DNA of 64,000 bases from Prevotella sp. (GTDB taxonomy: Bacteria > Bacteroidota > Bacteroidia > Bacteroidales > Dysgonomonadaceae): contig JAITVV010000043.1 of the NCBI GenBank assembly GCA_031285625.1, positions 81,080 to 145,079 on the forward strand, in the 5' to 3' direction. A program made the translations under genes and the position numbers. The notes under the pieces were generated by a model, which saw only the letters and a list, made by a program, of their open reading frames with translations, had not been told where the DNA came from and searched no databases. Numbering within the stretch: position 1 is the stretch's first letter; every line of letters begins with the position of its first letter. Of the stretch, positions 38,344 to 48,032 are shown one piece after another.

Positions 38344-40047
38344 ATGAAAAAACATATTTATTTACTATTACTTGGTTTGTGTTTAATGATAACGGGGTAT
38401 TCTTGCTCCAGTGACGATGATAAGCCTGAGCCGGAACTGATTGTTTCGACAGAGAGCATATCATTCACCAAGGAAGGGGGCGACAAGGATATACACATAA
38501 AGACAAACCAAAAATGGAGTATATCCAGTTCGGAGTCTTGGTGTACGGTAAACCCTGCATCGGGTGAAGGTACGGGAACAATAAAGATAACTCTATCTGC
38601 AACAGCAAATACAACAAATGATCCGCGAACATCTGTTTTAACGGTTTTCGCAGGAGGAATTACAAAAGAGGTGAATATTACACAGCAATTAACAGACCTG
38701 CTGGTTGTAAAAAAGGCAGAATATGAAGTAAAGGCAGCAGGCGAAAATATAACTGTTGAGTTACAGACAACCGGAACCCACGAAATAACAATAGACGGGG
38801 ATTGGATAACTAAATCAGGAACAAAAGCTGTTACCGATCTGTCCGAGGTGTTTGTTATAGCTCCTAACAAAAATATTTTTAGCCGCAAAGGAACGATTAC
38901 ATATAAGATTGGTGATTTGTCCGAAACTGTTACTATCAGCCAGGCCGCTACAAGTTTGAATATTGTTGCCGACAAAACCGGTATGGCCAATGATGCTTCT
39001 GCTTTAGCTATAAAGATGGGATTAGGCTGGAATCTGGGAAATACACTGGAAGCAACAGATGGTATTACAGCAGGAGAAACCTCATGGGGAAATCCAAAAG
39101 CATCACAGACTTTGATAGATGCCGTAAAAGCTGCCGGTTTTAATACGATACGTATACCTTGTGCCTGGAATGCTTATATCGAGGATGAATCTACTTATAA
39201 GATTAAGGACTCATGGCTCGTGCGGGTAGCCGAAGTTGTTGATTACTGTGTAAATAACGATATGTATGCAATAATTAATATACATTGGGACGGCGGTTGG
39301 CTCGAAGAAAATCCGACATATGACAAACAAGTCGAAGTAAATAAAAAACAGAAAGCCCTTTGGGAACAGATAGCAGTTTACTTCCGTGATTATGATGAGC
39401 ATCTTCTTTTTGCCGGTACAAATGAAGTACACGCAGATTATAACACACCTTCGACTGAAAACATTGAAGTACAACAATCCTATAATCAAACCTTTGTAAA
39501 TGCAGTTCGCTCTACCGGAGGGAAAAACACATGGAGGAACCTTATCGTACAATCATATAATACAAATATTGATTATGCTGTAGATTATATGAAAATGCCA
39601 TCAGACCCTACTGCTAACCGGATAATGGCGGAAGTACATTTTTATGATCCGTACGAATTTTGTTTACAAGAGGCTAATACTGTCTTCTTATGGGGAAAAG
39701 ATTTCACCGGAGCAGGAACAGCCTCATGGGGACAGGAAGACTGGGTTGACAAACAGTTCGGACGCATGAAGGCTAACTTTGCAGACAGAGGTATACCTGT
39801 AGTTTTAGGAGAGTATTCACCTACATTGAGAATGTCGCTGAATGCTACTGATTATGCGAATCATGTAAAATCCCGTAACTATTATTTAAATTATGTAACA
39901 AAAGCTGCTGTACAAAACGGAATGATCCCTGTTTACTGGGATAATGGCCCAACAGGAGACATGGCGTCGGGTCTGTTTAACCGTTTAACAGGAGAACAAG
40001 TACACACAGATGCAATTAAATCTATTATAGACGGTGGTAAAAAGTAA
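38344..40047 (+). CDS. GH5 (GH5_4-like) endo-xyloglucanase with N-terminal BACON domains, lipoprotein
   Basis: Start reassigned to ATG 38344. Lipobox GYSC, BACON (WSISSSESWCTV..N...R), GWNLGNTLEA, GFNTIRIP, INIHWD, GTNEV (acid/base), HFYDP, VLGEY (nucleophile), YWDNG. Confidence 0.9.
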   Translation: MKKHIYLLLLGLCLMITGYSCSSDDDKPEPELIVSTESISFTKEGGDKDIHIKTNQKWSISSSESWCTVNPASGEGTGTIKITLSATANTTNDPRTSVLTVFAGGITKEVNITQQLTDLLVVKKAEYEVKAAGENITVELQTTGTHEITIDGDWITKSGTKAVTDLSEVFVIAPNKNIFSRKGTITYKIGDLSETVTISQAATSLNIVADKTGMANDASALAIKMGLGWNLGNTLEATDGITAGETSWGNPKASQTLIDAVKAAGFNTIRIPCAWNAYIEDESTYKIKDSWLVRVAEVVDYCVNNDMYAIINIHWDGGWLEENPTYDKQVEVNKKQKALWEQIAVYFRDYDEHLLFAGTNEVHADYNTPSTENIEVQQSYNQTFVNAVRSTGGKNTWRNLIVQSYNTNIDYAVDYMKMPSDPTANRIMAEVHFYDPYEFCLQEANTVFLWGKDFTGAGTASWGQEDWVDKQFGRMKANFADRGIPVVLGEYSPTLRMSLNATDYANHVKSRNYYLNYVTKAAVQNGMIPVYWDNGPTGDMASGLFNRLTGEQVHTDAIKSIIDGGKK

Positions 40048-40152
40048 AGGTTGGCTTTACTTGGTTTTTATTGGTATTAAGGTTGAAAAAGATGAAGGCC
40101 GGTCGTGATTTTCCGGCCTTTATTACCTAAATTAGCTTATAACTATTTCGAT

Positions 40153-42651
40153 ATGAAAAGATATTATCTATTTCTTCTTATATGTACAGTTTTATTCTCT
40201 TGCTCTACTCAGAATAAGGTAAGAGACACTACAGATTTCACTGAAAACTGGAAATTCTATTTAGGAGACGATTCTGTTGCATATACTCCTGCTTATGACG
40301 ATGCCGGATGGCGAACCCTTGATCTTCCACATGATTGGAGTATCGAAGCGGATTTTTCTGTAGATAACCCCGCTACGCCCGGTGGCGGAGCATTACCAGG
40401 AGGTATAGGATGGTACAGAAAAGAATTTACAGTAGATAAGTCAAACGAAAACAAGAGTATCTATATCGATTTTGATGGTATATATTGGAATAGCAAGGTC
40501 TGGATAAATGGTCATCTTCTGGGAGAACGCCCGAATGGTTATATTTCATTCCGGTATGAACTTACTCCATATATAAAAGTTGGGGAAAAGAATGTCATTG
40601 CAGTACGTGTAGACAATTCCCAGCAACCCAATTCCCGTTGGTATACCGGATCCGGAATCTATCGTAATGTATGGTTAACGACAGTAAATCCGCTGCATGT
40701 TGATCATTGGGGAACTTATGTAACGACACCGGAGGTAACTAAAGAAAATGCGACAATCAATATAAAAACAAGTGTAAGAAATTCATCAGAGTCAGCTCAG
40801 AGATTCGAACTATATTCTATATTGTTAGATAAAGACGGTAAGGAAATAGCCAAGACAAATAATTCTAATGATGCTGGTGCAAACGAAGTTATGGATATGG
40901 AACAGAATCTGACTTTGTCAGATCCTACTCTATGGTCTGTCGAAAATCCATATCTATATAAGATTATAACCCGTATAGAACAGAATGGAAAAGTTGTAGA
41001 TGAATACGAAACACCACTTGGTATTCGTTATTTTTCATTCGATCCGGATAAAGGTTTTTTCCTTAATGGAGAATCTGTAAAGATAAAAGGTGTATGTCAT
41101 CACCATGATTTAGGATGCCTGGGTTCTGCTGTGAATGTACATGCAATAGAACGCCAATTAGAAATATTGAAGGAGATGGGCTGCAACGGCATACGTACTG
41201 CTCATAATCCACCTGCACCAGAACTATTAGACCTATGCGACAAAATGGGATTCATAGTAATGGACGAGGCCTTCGACATGTGGCGTAAGAAAAAGTCACC
41301 ATACGATTATTCACAATATTTCCCTGAATGGCATGAACGTGACCTTACTGACCTGATTATGCGTGATCGCAACCACCCTTCCATATTTATGTGGAGTGTA
41401 GGAAATGAGGTCTTAGAGCAATGGTCTCATATTGATGCCGATACAATGAACCTGCAACAAGCCAATATGATACTTAACTTTGCTAATACACTCAATAAAA
41501 AAGATATTGATTCAAAAGATTTGCATGTAAGTTCATTATTGACTATAAAACTGGTCGATATCGTAAAAAAACTTGACCCCACACGTCCTGTAACAATTGG
41601 AAATAATGAAACTGAACCATCAAATCATATTTTCCGTTCGGAAGCAGTAGATATCATTGGGTTTAATTACCATGAAAATAATTGGGTTAACTTCCACGAA
41701 AAATTTCCAAATCAGAAACTGATTATAACAGAGTCTACCTCTGCACTGATGTCAAGAGGGTATTATGAGATGCCATCGGATAGTATGAATATCTGGCCTG
41801 AAAGATGGGATAAACCGTTCGACAGACCAATACATCATTGTTCTTCATATGATAATTGTCACGTACCTTGGGGCAGTACTCACGAAGACACATGGAAGCT
41901 TGTAAAAAATTATGATCATATCTCAGGTATGTACCTCTGGACAGGTTTTGACTACTTGGGCGAACCAACGCCTTTTTGGTGGCCATCCCGTAGTTCATAT
42001 TTCGGTGCAATCGATCTGGCAGGTTTTCCTAAGGATATATATTACATGTATCAGAGTGAGTGGACAGATAAAGATGTATTGCATATCTTCCCTCACTGGA
42101 ACTGGCAAGAAGGACAAATCATTGATATATGGGCATACTATAACAATGCTGATGAAGTAGAACTATTCCTTAATGATAAATCTCTTGGTAAAAAAACGAA
42201 GGAAAAAAATATTTACCATGTTTTCTGGAGGGTTCCTTATCAAAAAGGTACATTAAAAGCCATCTCATATAAAAATGGCAAAGAGATACTTACCAAAGAA
42301 ATAAAAACAACTGGAGATCCGGTTTCGATCAGACTCATAGCCGACAGACAAACAATAGCAGCCGATGGAAAAGACTTGTCTTTTGTTACAGTAGAAGTTA
42401 TGGATGCAGATGGGAACCCGGTTCCGGTAGCAGATAATCTGATAAGCTTCTCTATTGATGGAAACGGGGTAATTGCAGGTACAGACAATGGAGACCCAAC
42501 AGATTCCAACTCTTTGAAAAAGCCATCAAGAAAACTATTTAGCGGGAAAGCGCTCGCAATTGTACAATCAAATAAGAAATCCGGTAAGATTATCCTGAAA
42601 GCAAAATCGGAGGGATTAAAAGAAGCTACAATAGAAATTACCACAAAATAA
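40153..42651 (+). CDS. GH2 beta-galactosidase (BoGH2A-like), lipoprotein
   Basis: Start reassigned to ATG 40153. LPHDWSI, GWYRKEF, SRWYTGSGIYR, HHDLGCLG, RTAHNP, RDRNHPS..WSVGNE, WTGFDYLGEP. Confidence 0.92.
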   Translation: MKRYYLFLLICTVLFSCSTQNKVRDTTDFTENWKFYLGDDSVAYTPAYDDAGWRTLDLPHDWSIEADFSVDNPATPGGGALPGGIGWYRKEFTVDKSNENKSIYIDFDGIYWNSKVWINGHLLGERPNGYISFRYELTPYIKVGEKNVIAVRVDNSQQPNSRWYTGSGIYRNVWLTTVNPLHVDHWGTYVTTPEVTKENATINIKTSVRNSSESAQRFELYSILLDKDGKEIAKTNNSNDAGANEVMDMEQNLTLSDPTLWSVENPYLYKIITRIEQNGKVVDEYETPLGIRYFSFDPDKGFFLNGESVKIKGVCHHHDLGCLGSAVNVHAIERQLEILKEMGCNGIRTAHNPPAPELLDLCDKMGFIVMDEAFDMWRKKKSPYDYSQYFPEWHERDLTDLIMRDRNHPSIFMWSVGNEVLEQWSHIDADTMNLQQANMILNFANTLNKKDIDSKDLHVSSLLTIKLVDIVKKLDPTRPVTIGNNETEPSNHIFRSEAVDIIGFNYHENNWVNFHEKFPNQKLIITESTSALMSRGYYEMPSDSMNIWPERWDKPFDRPIHHCSSYDNCHVPWGSTHEDTWKLVKNYDHISGMYLWTGFDYLGEPTPFWWPSRSSYFGAIDLAGFPKDIYYMYQSEWTDKDVLHIFPHWNWQEGQIIDIWAYYNNADEVELFLNDKSLGKKTKEKNIYHVFWRVPYQKGTLKAISYKNGKEILTKEIKTTGDPVSIRLIADRQTIAADGKDLSFVTVEVMDADGNPVPVADNLISFSIDGNGVIAGTDNGDPTDSNSLKKPSRKLFSGKALAIVQSNKKSGKIILKAKSEGLKEATIEITTK

Positions 42652-42677
42652 TTTTCTTTTCATTAAAATATCTTATT

Positions 42678-42728
42678 GTAAAAATTAACATGTAAATCGA
42701 ATGGTTTATGTGTTAATTTTTACTTTTT
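42678..42728 (+). terminator. Rho-independent terminator after GH2
   Basis: GTAAAAATTAACATGTAAA...TTTATGTGTTAATTTTTAC followed by TTTTT. Confidence 0.7.
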
Positions 42729-42756
42729 CAAACCCTTTTCCAGAAAGGGTTTCTTA

Positions 42757-42898
42757 ATGTATAATATACAATATCAGCATACATCTTATTGTATTTAACA
42801 CTATATGTAATATATTGTAATACAATTATTTAACTAAAAATAATCATCTATATATTATTATTTATCAAATCGAAATAATATATTTGTACTTAATACAA
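42757..42898 (+). promoter_or_regulatory. xyl operon promoter with three NrtR-type GT-N7-AC operators
   Basis: ATGTATAATATACAA at 42757-71, TTGTATTTAACACTA at 42789-803, and TTGTACTTAATACAA at 42884-98 overlapping the TATATTTG -7 box (42879-86). Confidence 0.7.
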
Positions 42899-42919
42899 TA
42901 AGTACCATAACTAATTACC

Positions 42920-43636
42920 ATGAGAACAAACTTCATACATACTTATGTCTCTGTCGACTGCGTTGTCTTTGGTTTCGATGATGATCAACTCAACATCCTG
43001 TTAGTACAACGAGATGTTGATAAAAAAGGTGCTAAAGACTTAAAACTTCCGGGTAGTCTTATATATAACGAGGAGGACGTGGATGATGCTGCAAACAGGG
43101 TGTTATTTGAGCTCACTGGAATAAAAAGAATGACCCTGAAGCAATTCCGTTGTTTTGCCTCGCCCAACAGGGCCAATAATCCTGATGATATGAAATGGTT
43201 GGATATGGCCTATCAGCCAAATATTAACAGACTGATAACAGTAGCCTATCTATCACTTTGTAAGGTGGACAGAAAGCTAAATAACGTTTCAAAATATAAA
43301 CAAACAGAATGGTGCCCTATCGACCGGTTGCCACAAATGCCTTTCGACCACAATCAGATTGTAAAAGAATCGTTAACAGAAATTCGTACATGGATAGAAC
43401 ATAATCCTGCCATTGTATTCGAACTTCTCCCTCAGAAATTTACAATCAGCCAGTTACATAAGTTATATGAGGCTATTTATAATAAAAAAATAGATATACG
43501 TAATTTCCATAAGAAGGTGGCTGCAATGTCTTATGTACTGCCCCTCAATGAAAAACAAAAAGATGTTTCACACAGGGCAGCACGTTATTTCAAGTTTGAC
43601 AAAAAATCGTATAATAAATTGAAAACAAGTATATAA
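42920..43636 (+). CDS. xylR: NrtR-family (Nudix + wHTH) regulator, Bacteroidetes XylR type
   Basis: SVDCVVFGF, degenerate Nudix box LPGSLIYNEEDVDDAANRVLFELTG, FDHNQI, FTISQLHKLYEAI, RNFHKK, HRAARYFKF. Lies immediately upstream of xylB. Confidence 0.85.
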   Translation: MRTNFIHTYVSVDCVVFGFDDDQLNILLVQRDVDKKGAKDLKLPGSLIYNEEDVDDAANRVLFELTGIKRMTLKQFRCFASPNRANNPDDMKWLDMAYQPNINRLITVAYLSLCKVDRKLNNVSKYKQTEWCPIDRLPQMPFDHNQIVKESLTEIRTWIEHNPAIVFELLPQKFTISQLHKLYEAIYNKKIDIRNFHKKVAAMSYVLPLNEKQKDVSHRAARYFKFDKKSYNKLKTSI

Positions 43637-43692
43637 AAAGGGTATGAGTTAAAACTCTAGACTTTTCTACTTAAAATTTAAAACTATATATT

Positions 43693-45174
43693 ATGTATTT
43701 ATTAGGGTATGACATAGGTAGTTCTTCGGTAAAAGCATGTCTCGTAAATGCCGATACAGGTAAAATAGTAGCTTCTGATTTCTTTCCGAAGGAAGAAATG
43801 AAAATTACTGCTGTAAAATCGGGCTGGGCTGAACAAGATCCTGCCGACTGGTGGACTAACCTCAAACTGGCTCATCAATCTGTTATGCAAAAAGCCGGAG
43901 CTAAAGGAGAAGACATACAAGCTATCGGCATTACCTGGCAAATGCATGGACTAGTACTCGTAGACAAAAATAAAAATGTATTGCGTCCCTCTATCATCTG
44001 GTGTGACAGTCGTGCCGTTCCATATGGAGAAAAAGCTTTCAAGGCGATAGGCGAAGAAAAATGCCTTAGCCATCTGCTAAACTCTCCCGGAAATTTTACA
44101 GCATCTAAGTTAGCCTGGGTAAAAGAGAATGAGCCGCATATCTATGAAAAAATAGATAAACTGATGCTTCCTGGTGATTATATCGGAATGAAACTGACAA
44201 ACGATATTGTTGTCACCATCGAAGGTATGTCGGAAGGTATATTCTGGGACTTTAAGACAAATTCATTATCTGAAGATGTTTTGAATTACTATGGCATACC
44301 CAAAAGCTTTTTTCCTGAAATCAAACCTATCTTTGGTGTACAAGGATATGTTTCTTCTGAAGCAGCAAAAGAATTGGGATTAAAAGACGGAACTCCTGTA
44401 TCATACCGTGCGGGCGACCAGCCTAACAATGCATTATCCCTGAATGTATTCGAACCGGGAGAAATAGCCTCAACAGCAGGCACTTCGGGTGTCGTATATG
44501 GCGTACTCGATCAGCTGAATTATGATAAACTCTCACGAGTAAATACATTTGCGCATGTGAACTATACAACGGAACTTACAAGGCTAGGCGTATTGCTTTG
44601 CATCAATGGCACCGGGATTCTCAACTCATGGTTGAAGCGTAATCTGGCTGTGGAAGGACTATCGTATAGTGATATGAACAATCTGGCAGCACAATCCCCT
44701 ATCGGATCAAAAGGTATCAGTATCATTCCATTCGGAAACGGAGCAGAAAGGGTACTGGAGAATAAAGATGTAAATTGTTCGATACATGGCATTAACTTCA
44801 ATATACACGACAAGAGTGATATTCTGCGCGCAGCTCAGGAAGGTATCGTATTTTCTTACGAATACGGCATGGAAATAATGCGGGAGATGGGTATGAATAT
44901 TTCGACAGTAAAAGCAGGATATGCAAACATGTTCCTTAGTCCGGTATTCTCCCAAACATTAGCCAGTGTAAGTGACGTTACTATCGAACTATATAATACA
45001 GATGGAGCAGCCGGTGCTGCAAAAGGAGCGGGCATCGGCATCGGCCTCTATTCAACACCTCAGGAGGCGTTTGCTTCATTGGAAAAACTAGCCGTAATAG
45101 AACCGGAAAAAGACAAAAAAGATCAATATAGAGAAGCATATCAGCAATGGAGAAATCTTGTTACCAATAAATAA
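43693..45174 (+). CDS. xylB: Xylulokinase (FGGY family)
   Basis: LGYDIGSSSVKA, WAEQDP, QMHGLV, IIWCDSR, GNFTASKL, AGDQPNNA, AGTSGV, in the xylA context. Confidence 0.92.
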   Translation: MYLLGYDIGSSSVKACLVNADTGKIVASDFFPKEEMKITAVKSGWAEQDPADWWTNLKLAHQSVMQKAGAKGEDIQAIGITWQMHGLVLVDKNKNVLRPSIIWCDSRAVPYGEKAFKAIGEEKCLSHLLNSPGNFTASKLAWVKENEPHIYEKIDKLMLPGDYIGMKLTNDIVVTIEGMSEGIFWDFKTNSLSEDVLNYYGIPKSFFPEIKPIFGVQGYVSSEAAKELGLKDGTPVSYRAGDQPNNALSLNVFEPGEIASTAGTSGVVYGVLDQLNYDKLSRVNTFAHVNYTTELTRLGVLLCINGTGILNSWLKRNLAVEGLSYSDMNNLAAQSPIGSKGISIIPFGNGAERVLENKDVNCSIHGINFNIHDKSDILRAAQEGIVFSYEYGMEIMREMGMNISTVKAGYANMFLSPVFSQTLASVSDVTIELYNTDGAAGAAKGAGIGIGLYSTPQEAFASLEKLAVIEPEKDKKDQYREAYQQWRNLVTNK

Positions 45175-45184
45175 AATCCGATTT

Positions 45185-46603
45185 ATGAAAAAGCTACTGT
45201 ATTTAATTCCTGTTATCGCATTACTGTTTTCATGCTCACAGACACCAAAAACAGTAAAGTGGGTAAGTACCACACCCGACTCATGTTTTGTCGAAAACCC
45301 TGCTATTGCCTTGGCCGGAATAGAAGGTTCGGCAGATATAACTGTACTAACGGATAAAACATTACAAACAGTAGATGGCTTCGGAGGTTGCTTTAATGAA
45401 TTAGGGTGGACTACCCTGTCTGCACTTAGTGAAACTGATCGTGATGCGGTAATCAAGGATCTGTTCAGTAGCGAAGGTATGAATTTTACATTGGGCCGTA
45501 TGCCTATAGGCGCAAATGATTTCTCACGCGACTGGTACTCATACAATGAAACAGATAAGGACTTTGAGATGAAAAACTTCTCAATAGCCAATGATAAAGA
45601 AACATTAATACCATTCATCAAAGCCGCTCAGAAAATCAATAAAGACATTAAGGTTTGGGCTTCACCATGGTGTCCGCCTTCATGGATGAAGTATAACAAG
45701 CATTACGCTTGTAAACCAAATCCGAATGTAAATGACCTGAAAGGCAGTCCTACCCAAGATTTGGAAGGAACCAATATGTTTATTCAGGAACCTGAATATT
45801 TCAAAGCTTATGCTCTGTATCTCAAAAAATTCATAGAAGCATATAAAGCTGAAAATATAAATATAGAAATGGTTGCTCCTCAAAATGAATTCAATTCTTG
45901 CCAGATATTTCCATCATGTACGTGGACAGCTGCAGGTTTGAGCACTTTCATTGGTGATTATCTGGGCCCTCAAATGAAAGAAATGGGAGTTCGCCTTATG
46001 TTTGGTACAATGGAACGCGGAAACCATTTACTGGTAGATACGATTATGCAAAATAAGAGTGGAGAATATATTACTGAAATTGGTTTCCAATGGGCAGGTA
46101 AAGAATCTATAGCCAAAATCCACGAAACATATCCGGATATGAAACTTATGCAAACCGAAAGCGAATGTGGCGATGGACAAAACTCATGGCAACAATGCTT
46201 TTATATCTGGAATCTGATGAAACATTACTTCAATCATGGAATATCTGCTTACATGTACTGGAATATTTCTTTGGATAAGGATCCGGCAAATAACCGCTGG
46301 AAATGGCCACAAAACTCATTGATCTCGGTTGACCAAGAAAACAAAACTTACAAATACAATCCTGAATACTATCTGATGAAACAGTTTAGCCACTTTGTAA
46401 AACCGGGTGCAAAGCGCCTGGCTACGGAAGGGAATTATAATAATATACTGGCTTTCAACAACCCTGATAATTCAATTGTGATAATCGCTGCTAATGAAGG
46501 CGATTCTCCGAAAAACCTGAAGATCAATGTAAAAGATCAGATGGTATCAGTGGATATGAAAGCACAATCGATCAATACATTTGTAATAGAAGCAAATAAA
46601 TAA
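45185..46603 (+). CDS. GH30 glycoside hydrolase (GH30_2-like, putative beta-xylosidase), lipoprotein
   Basis: Start reassigned to ATG 45185. Lipobox LFSC, GFGGCFNELGW, GRMPIGANDFS, WASPWCPPSWMK, PQNEF (acid/base), QTESECG (nucleophile), SHFVKPGA. Confidence 0.85.
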   Translation: MKKLLYLIPVIALLFSCSQTPKTVKWVSTTPDSCFVENPAIALAGIEGSADITVLTDKTLQTVDGFGGCFNELGWTTLSALSETDRDAVIKDLFSSEGMNFTLGRMPIGANDFSRDWYSYNETDKDFEMKNFSIANDKETLIPFIKAAQKINKDIKVWASPWCPPSWMKYNKHYACKPNPNVNDLKGSPTQDLEGTNMFIQEPEYFKAYALYLKKFIEAYKAENINIEMVAPQNEFNSCQIFPSCTWTAAGLSTFIGDYLGPQMKEMGVRLMFGTMERGNHLLVDTIMQNKSGEYITEIGFQWAGKESIAKIHETYPDMKLMQTESECGDGQNSWQQCFYIWNLMKHYFNHGISAYMYWNISLDKDPANNRWKWPQNSLISVDQENKTYKYNPEYYLMKQFSHFVKPGAKRLATEGNYNNILAFNNPDNSIVIIAANEGDSPKNLKINVKDQMVSVDMKAQSINTFVIEANK

Positions 46604-46633
46604 TTATTAATCATTAAATAATAAATTACAATC

Positions 46634-47962
46634 ATGGAAATTTTAAAAGGAACAAAAGAGTTTTTCCCCGGAATCGGAAAAATCAAATTTGAAGGTAAAG
46701 AAAGTAAAAACCCTCTGGCTTACCGTTTTTATGACGAAAACAAAGTGGTGATGGGCAAAACAATGAAGGACTGGATGCGCTTTGCTATGGCATATTGGCA
46801 TACACTTTGCGCAGATGGTGGTGACCCGTTTGGAGGTGCAACTATCCATCATCCTTGGAATATTGGTAATGATGCTATCAGTCAGGCTAAATATAAAATG
46901 GACGCTGCATTTGAGTTCATGACAAAGATGGGACTTAATTTCTATTGTTTCCATGATGTAGACTTAGTTGGTTCGGGCAATTCGTGGTCAGAATATGAGA
47001 AGAACCTGCAAACGATAGTTGACTATGCAAAAGAAAAACAAGCTGCTTCGGGCATCAAGTTGCTATGGGGTACTGCAAATGTATTCAGTCATGAACGTTA
47101 TATGAACGGTGCTTCTACAAACCCTGACTTCAATGTTGTTCCATGTGCAGCCACTCAGGTTAAAAATGCAATTGATGCTACTATTGCTCTGGGTGGATCG
47201 AATTATGTATTCTGGGGTGGCCGCGAAGGTTATATGAGCCTGTTGAATACAGATATGAAACGTGAAAAAGACCACTTGGCACAATTCCTGTCTATGTCTC
47301 GCGACTACGCACGCAAGAATGGATTTACAGGTACATTCCTGATTGAGCCGAAACCAATGGAACCAACTAAACATCAATATGACTTTGATACTGAAACAGT
47401 GATAGGCTTCCTTCGTAATTATGGTCTGGATAAAGACTTTAAAGTAAATATCGAAGTTAACCATGCTACTCTTGCAGGTCATACATTCGAACACGAATTG
47501 CAAGCTGCGGTTGATGCCGGACTACTAGGTAGTATCGATGCAAATCGTGGAGATTATCAAAATGGTTGGGATACAGACCAGTTCCCTCTCGATATCTATG
47601 ATTTTGCACATGCATGGTTGGTATTACTTCCGGCAGGTGGCCTTGGTAACGGTGGTGTAAACTTCGATGCTAAAATCCGTCGTAACTCTACAGATATGGA
47701 CGATTTGTTCATCGCTCATATTTCAGGTATGGATGTGTTTGCACGTGGACTTTTAGTTGCTGCAGATATTCTTGAAAACTCAGATTATAAGAAATTACGC
47801 CAGACTCGTTATGCTTCATTCGATAATGGAGATGGTAAAGCATTTGAGGATGGAAAACTGACTCTTGAAGATTTACGTACAATCGCTCATAAAGTAGGTG
47901 AACCAAAACAAATAAGTGGTAAACAAGAGCTTTATGAAGCAATTGTAAACATGTATATCTAA
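46634..47962 (+). CDS. xylA: Xylose isomerase (class II)
   Basis: [56 protein letters not shown]. Confidence 0.97.
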   Translation: MEILKGTKEFFPGIGKIKFEGKESKNPLAYRFYDENKVVMGKTMKDWMRFAMAYWHTLCADGGDPFGGATIHHPWNIGNDAISQAKYKMDAAFEFMTKMGLNFYCFHDVDLVGSGNSWSEYEKNLQTIVDYAKEKQAASGIKLLWGTANVFSHERYMNGASTNPDFNVVPCAATQVKNAIDATIALGGSNYVFWGGREGYMSLLNTDMKREKDHLAQFLSMSRDYARKNGFTGTFLIEPKPMEPTKHQYDFDTETVIGFLRNYGLDKDFKVNIEVNHATLAGHTFEHELQAAVDAGLLGSIDANRGDYQNGWDTDQFPLDIYDFAHAWLVLLPAGGLGNGGVNFDAKIRRNSTDMDDLFIAHISGMDVFARGLLVAADILENSDYKKLRQTRYASFDNGDGKAFEDGKLTLEDLRTIAHKVGEPKQISGKQELYEAIVNMYI

Positions 47963-47970
47963 TTACAGAT

Positions 47971-48005
47971 AGCAAGCACAAGGCTATAATAATCTTGTGC
48001 TTGTT
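47971..48005 (+). other. Stem-loop between xylA and xylE
   Basis: AGCAAGCACAAG...CTTGTGCTTGTT. Confidence 0.5.
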
Positions 48006-48032
48006 GTACTTAAATCAAAAAAATCTTGACCG

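Noticed and set aside
38358-38990. 210-aa antisense ORF opposite the GH5 BACON region
   Set aside because: Fully antisense to a well-supported gene, with the Val/Ile/Ser/Phe-rich composition typical of shadow frames and no motif.
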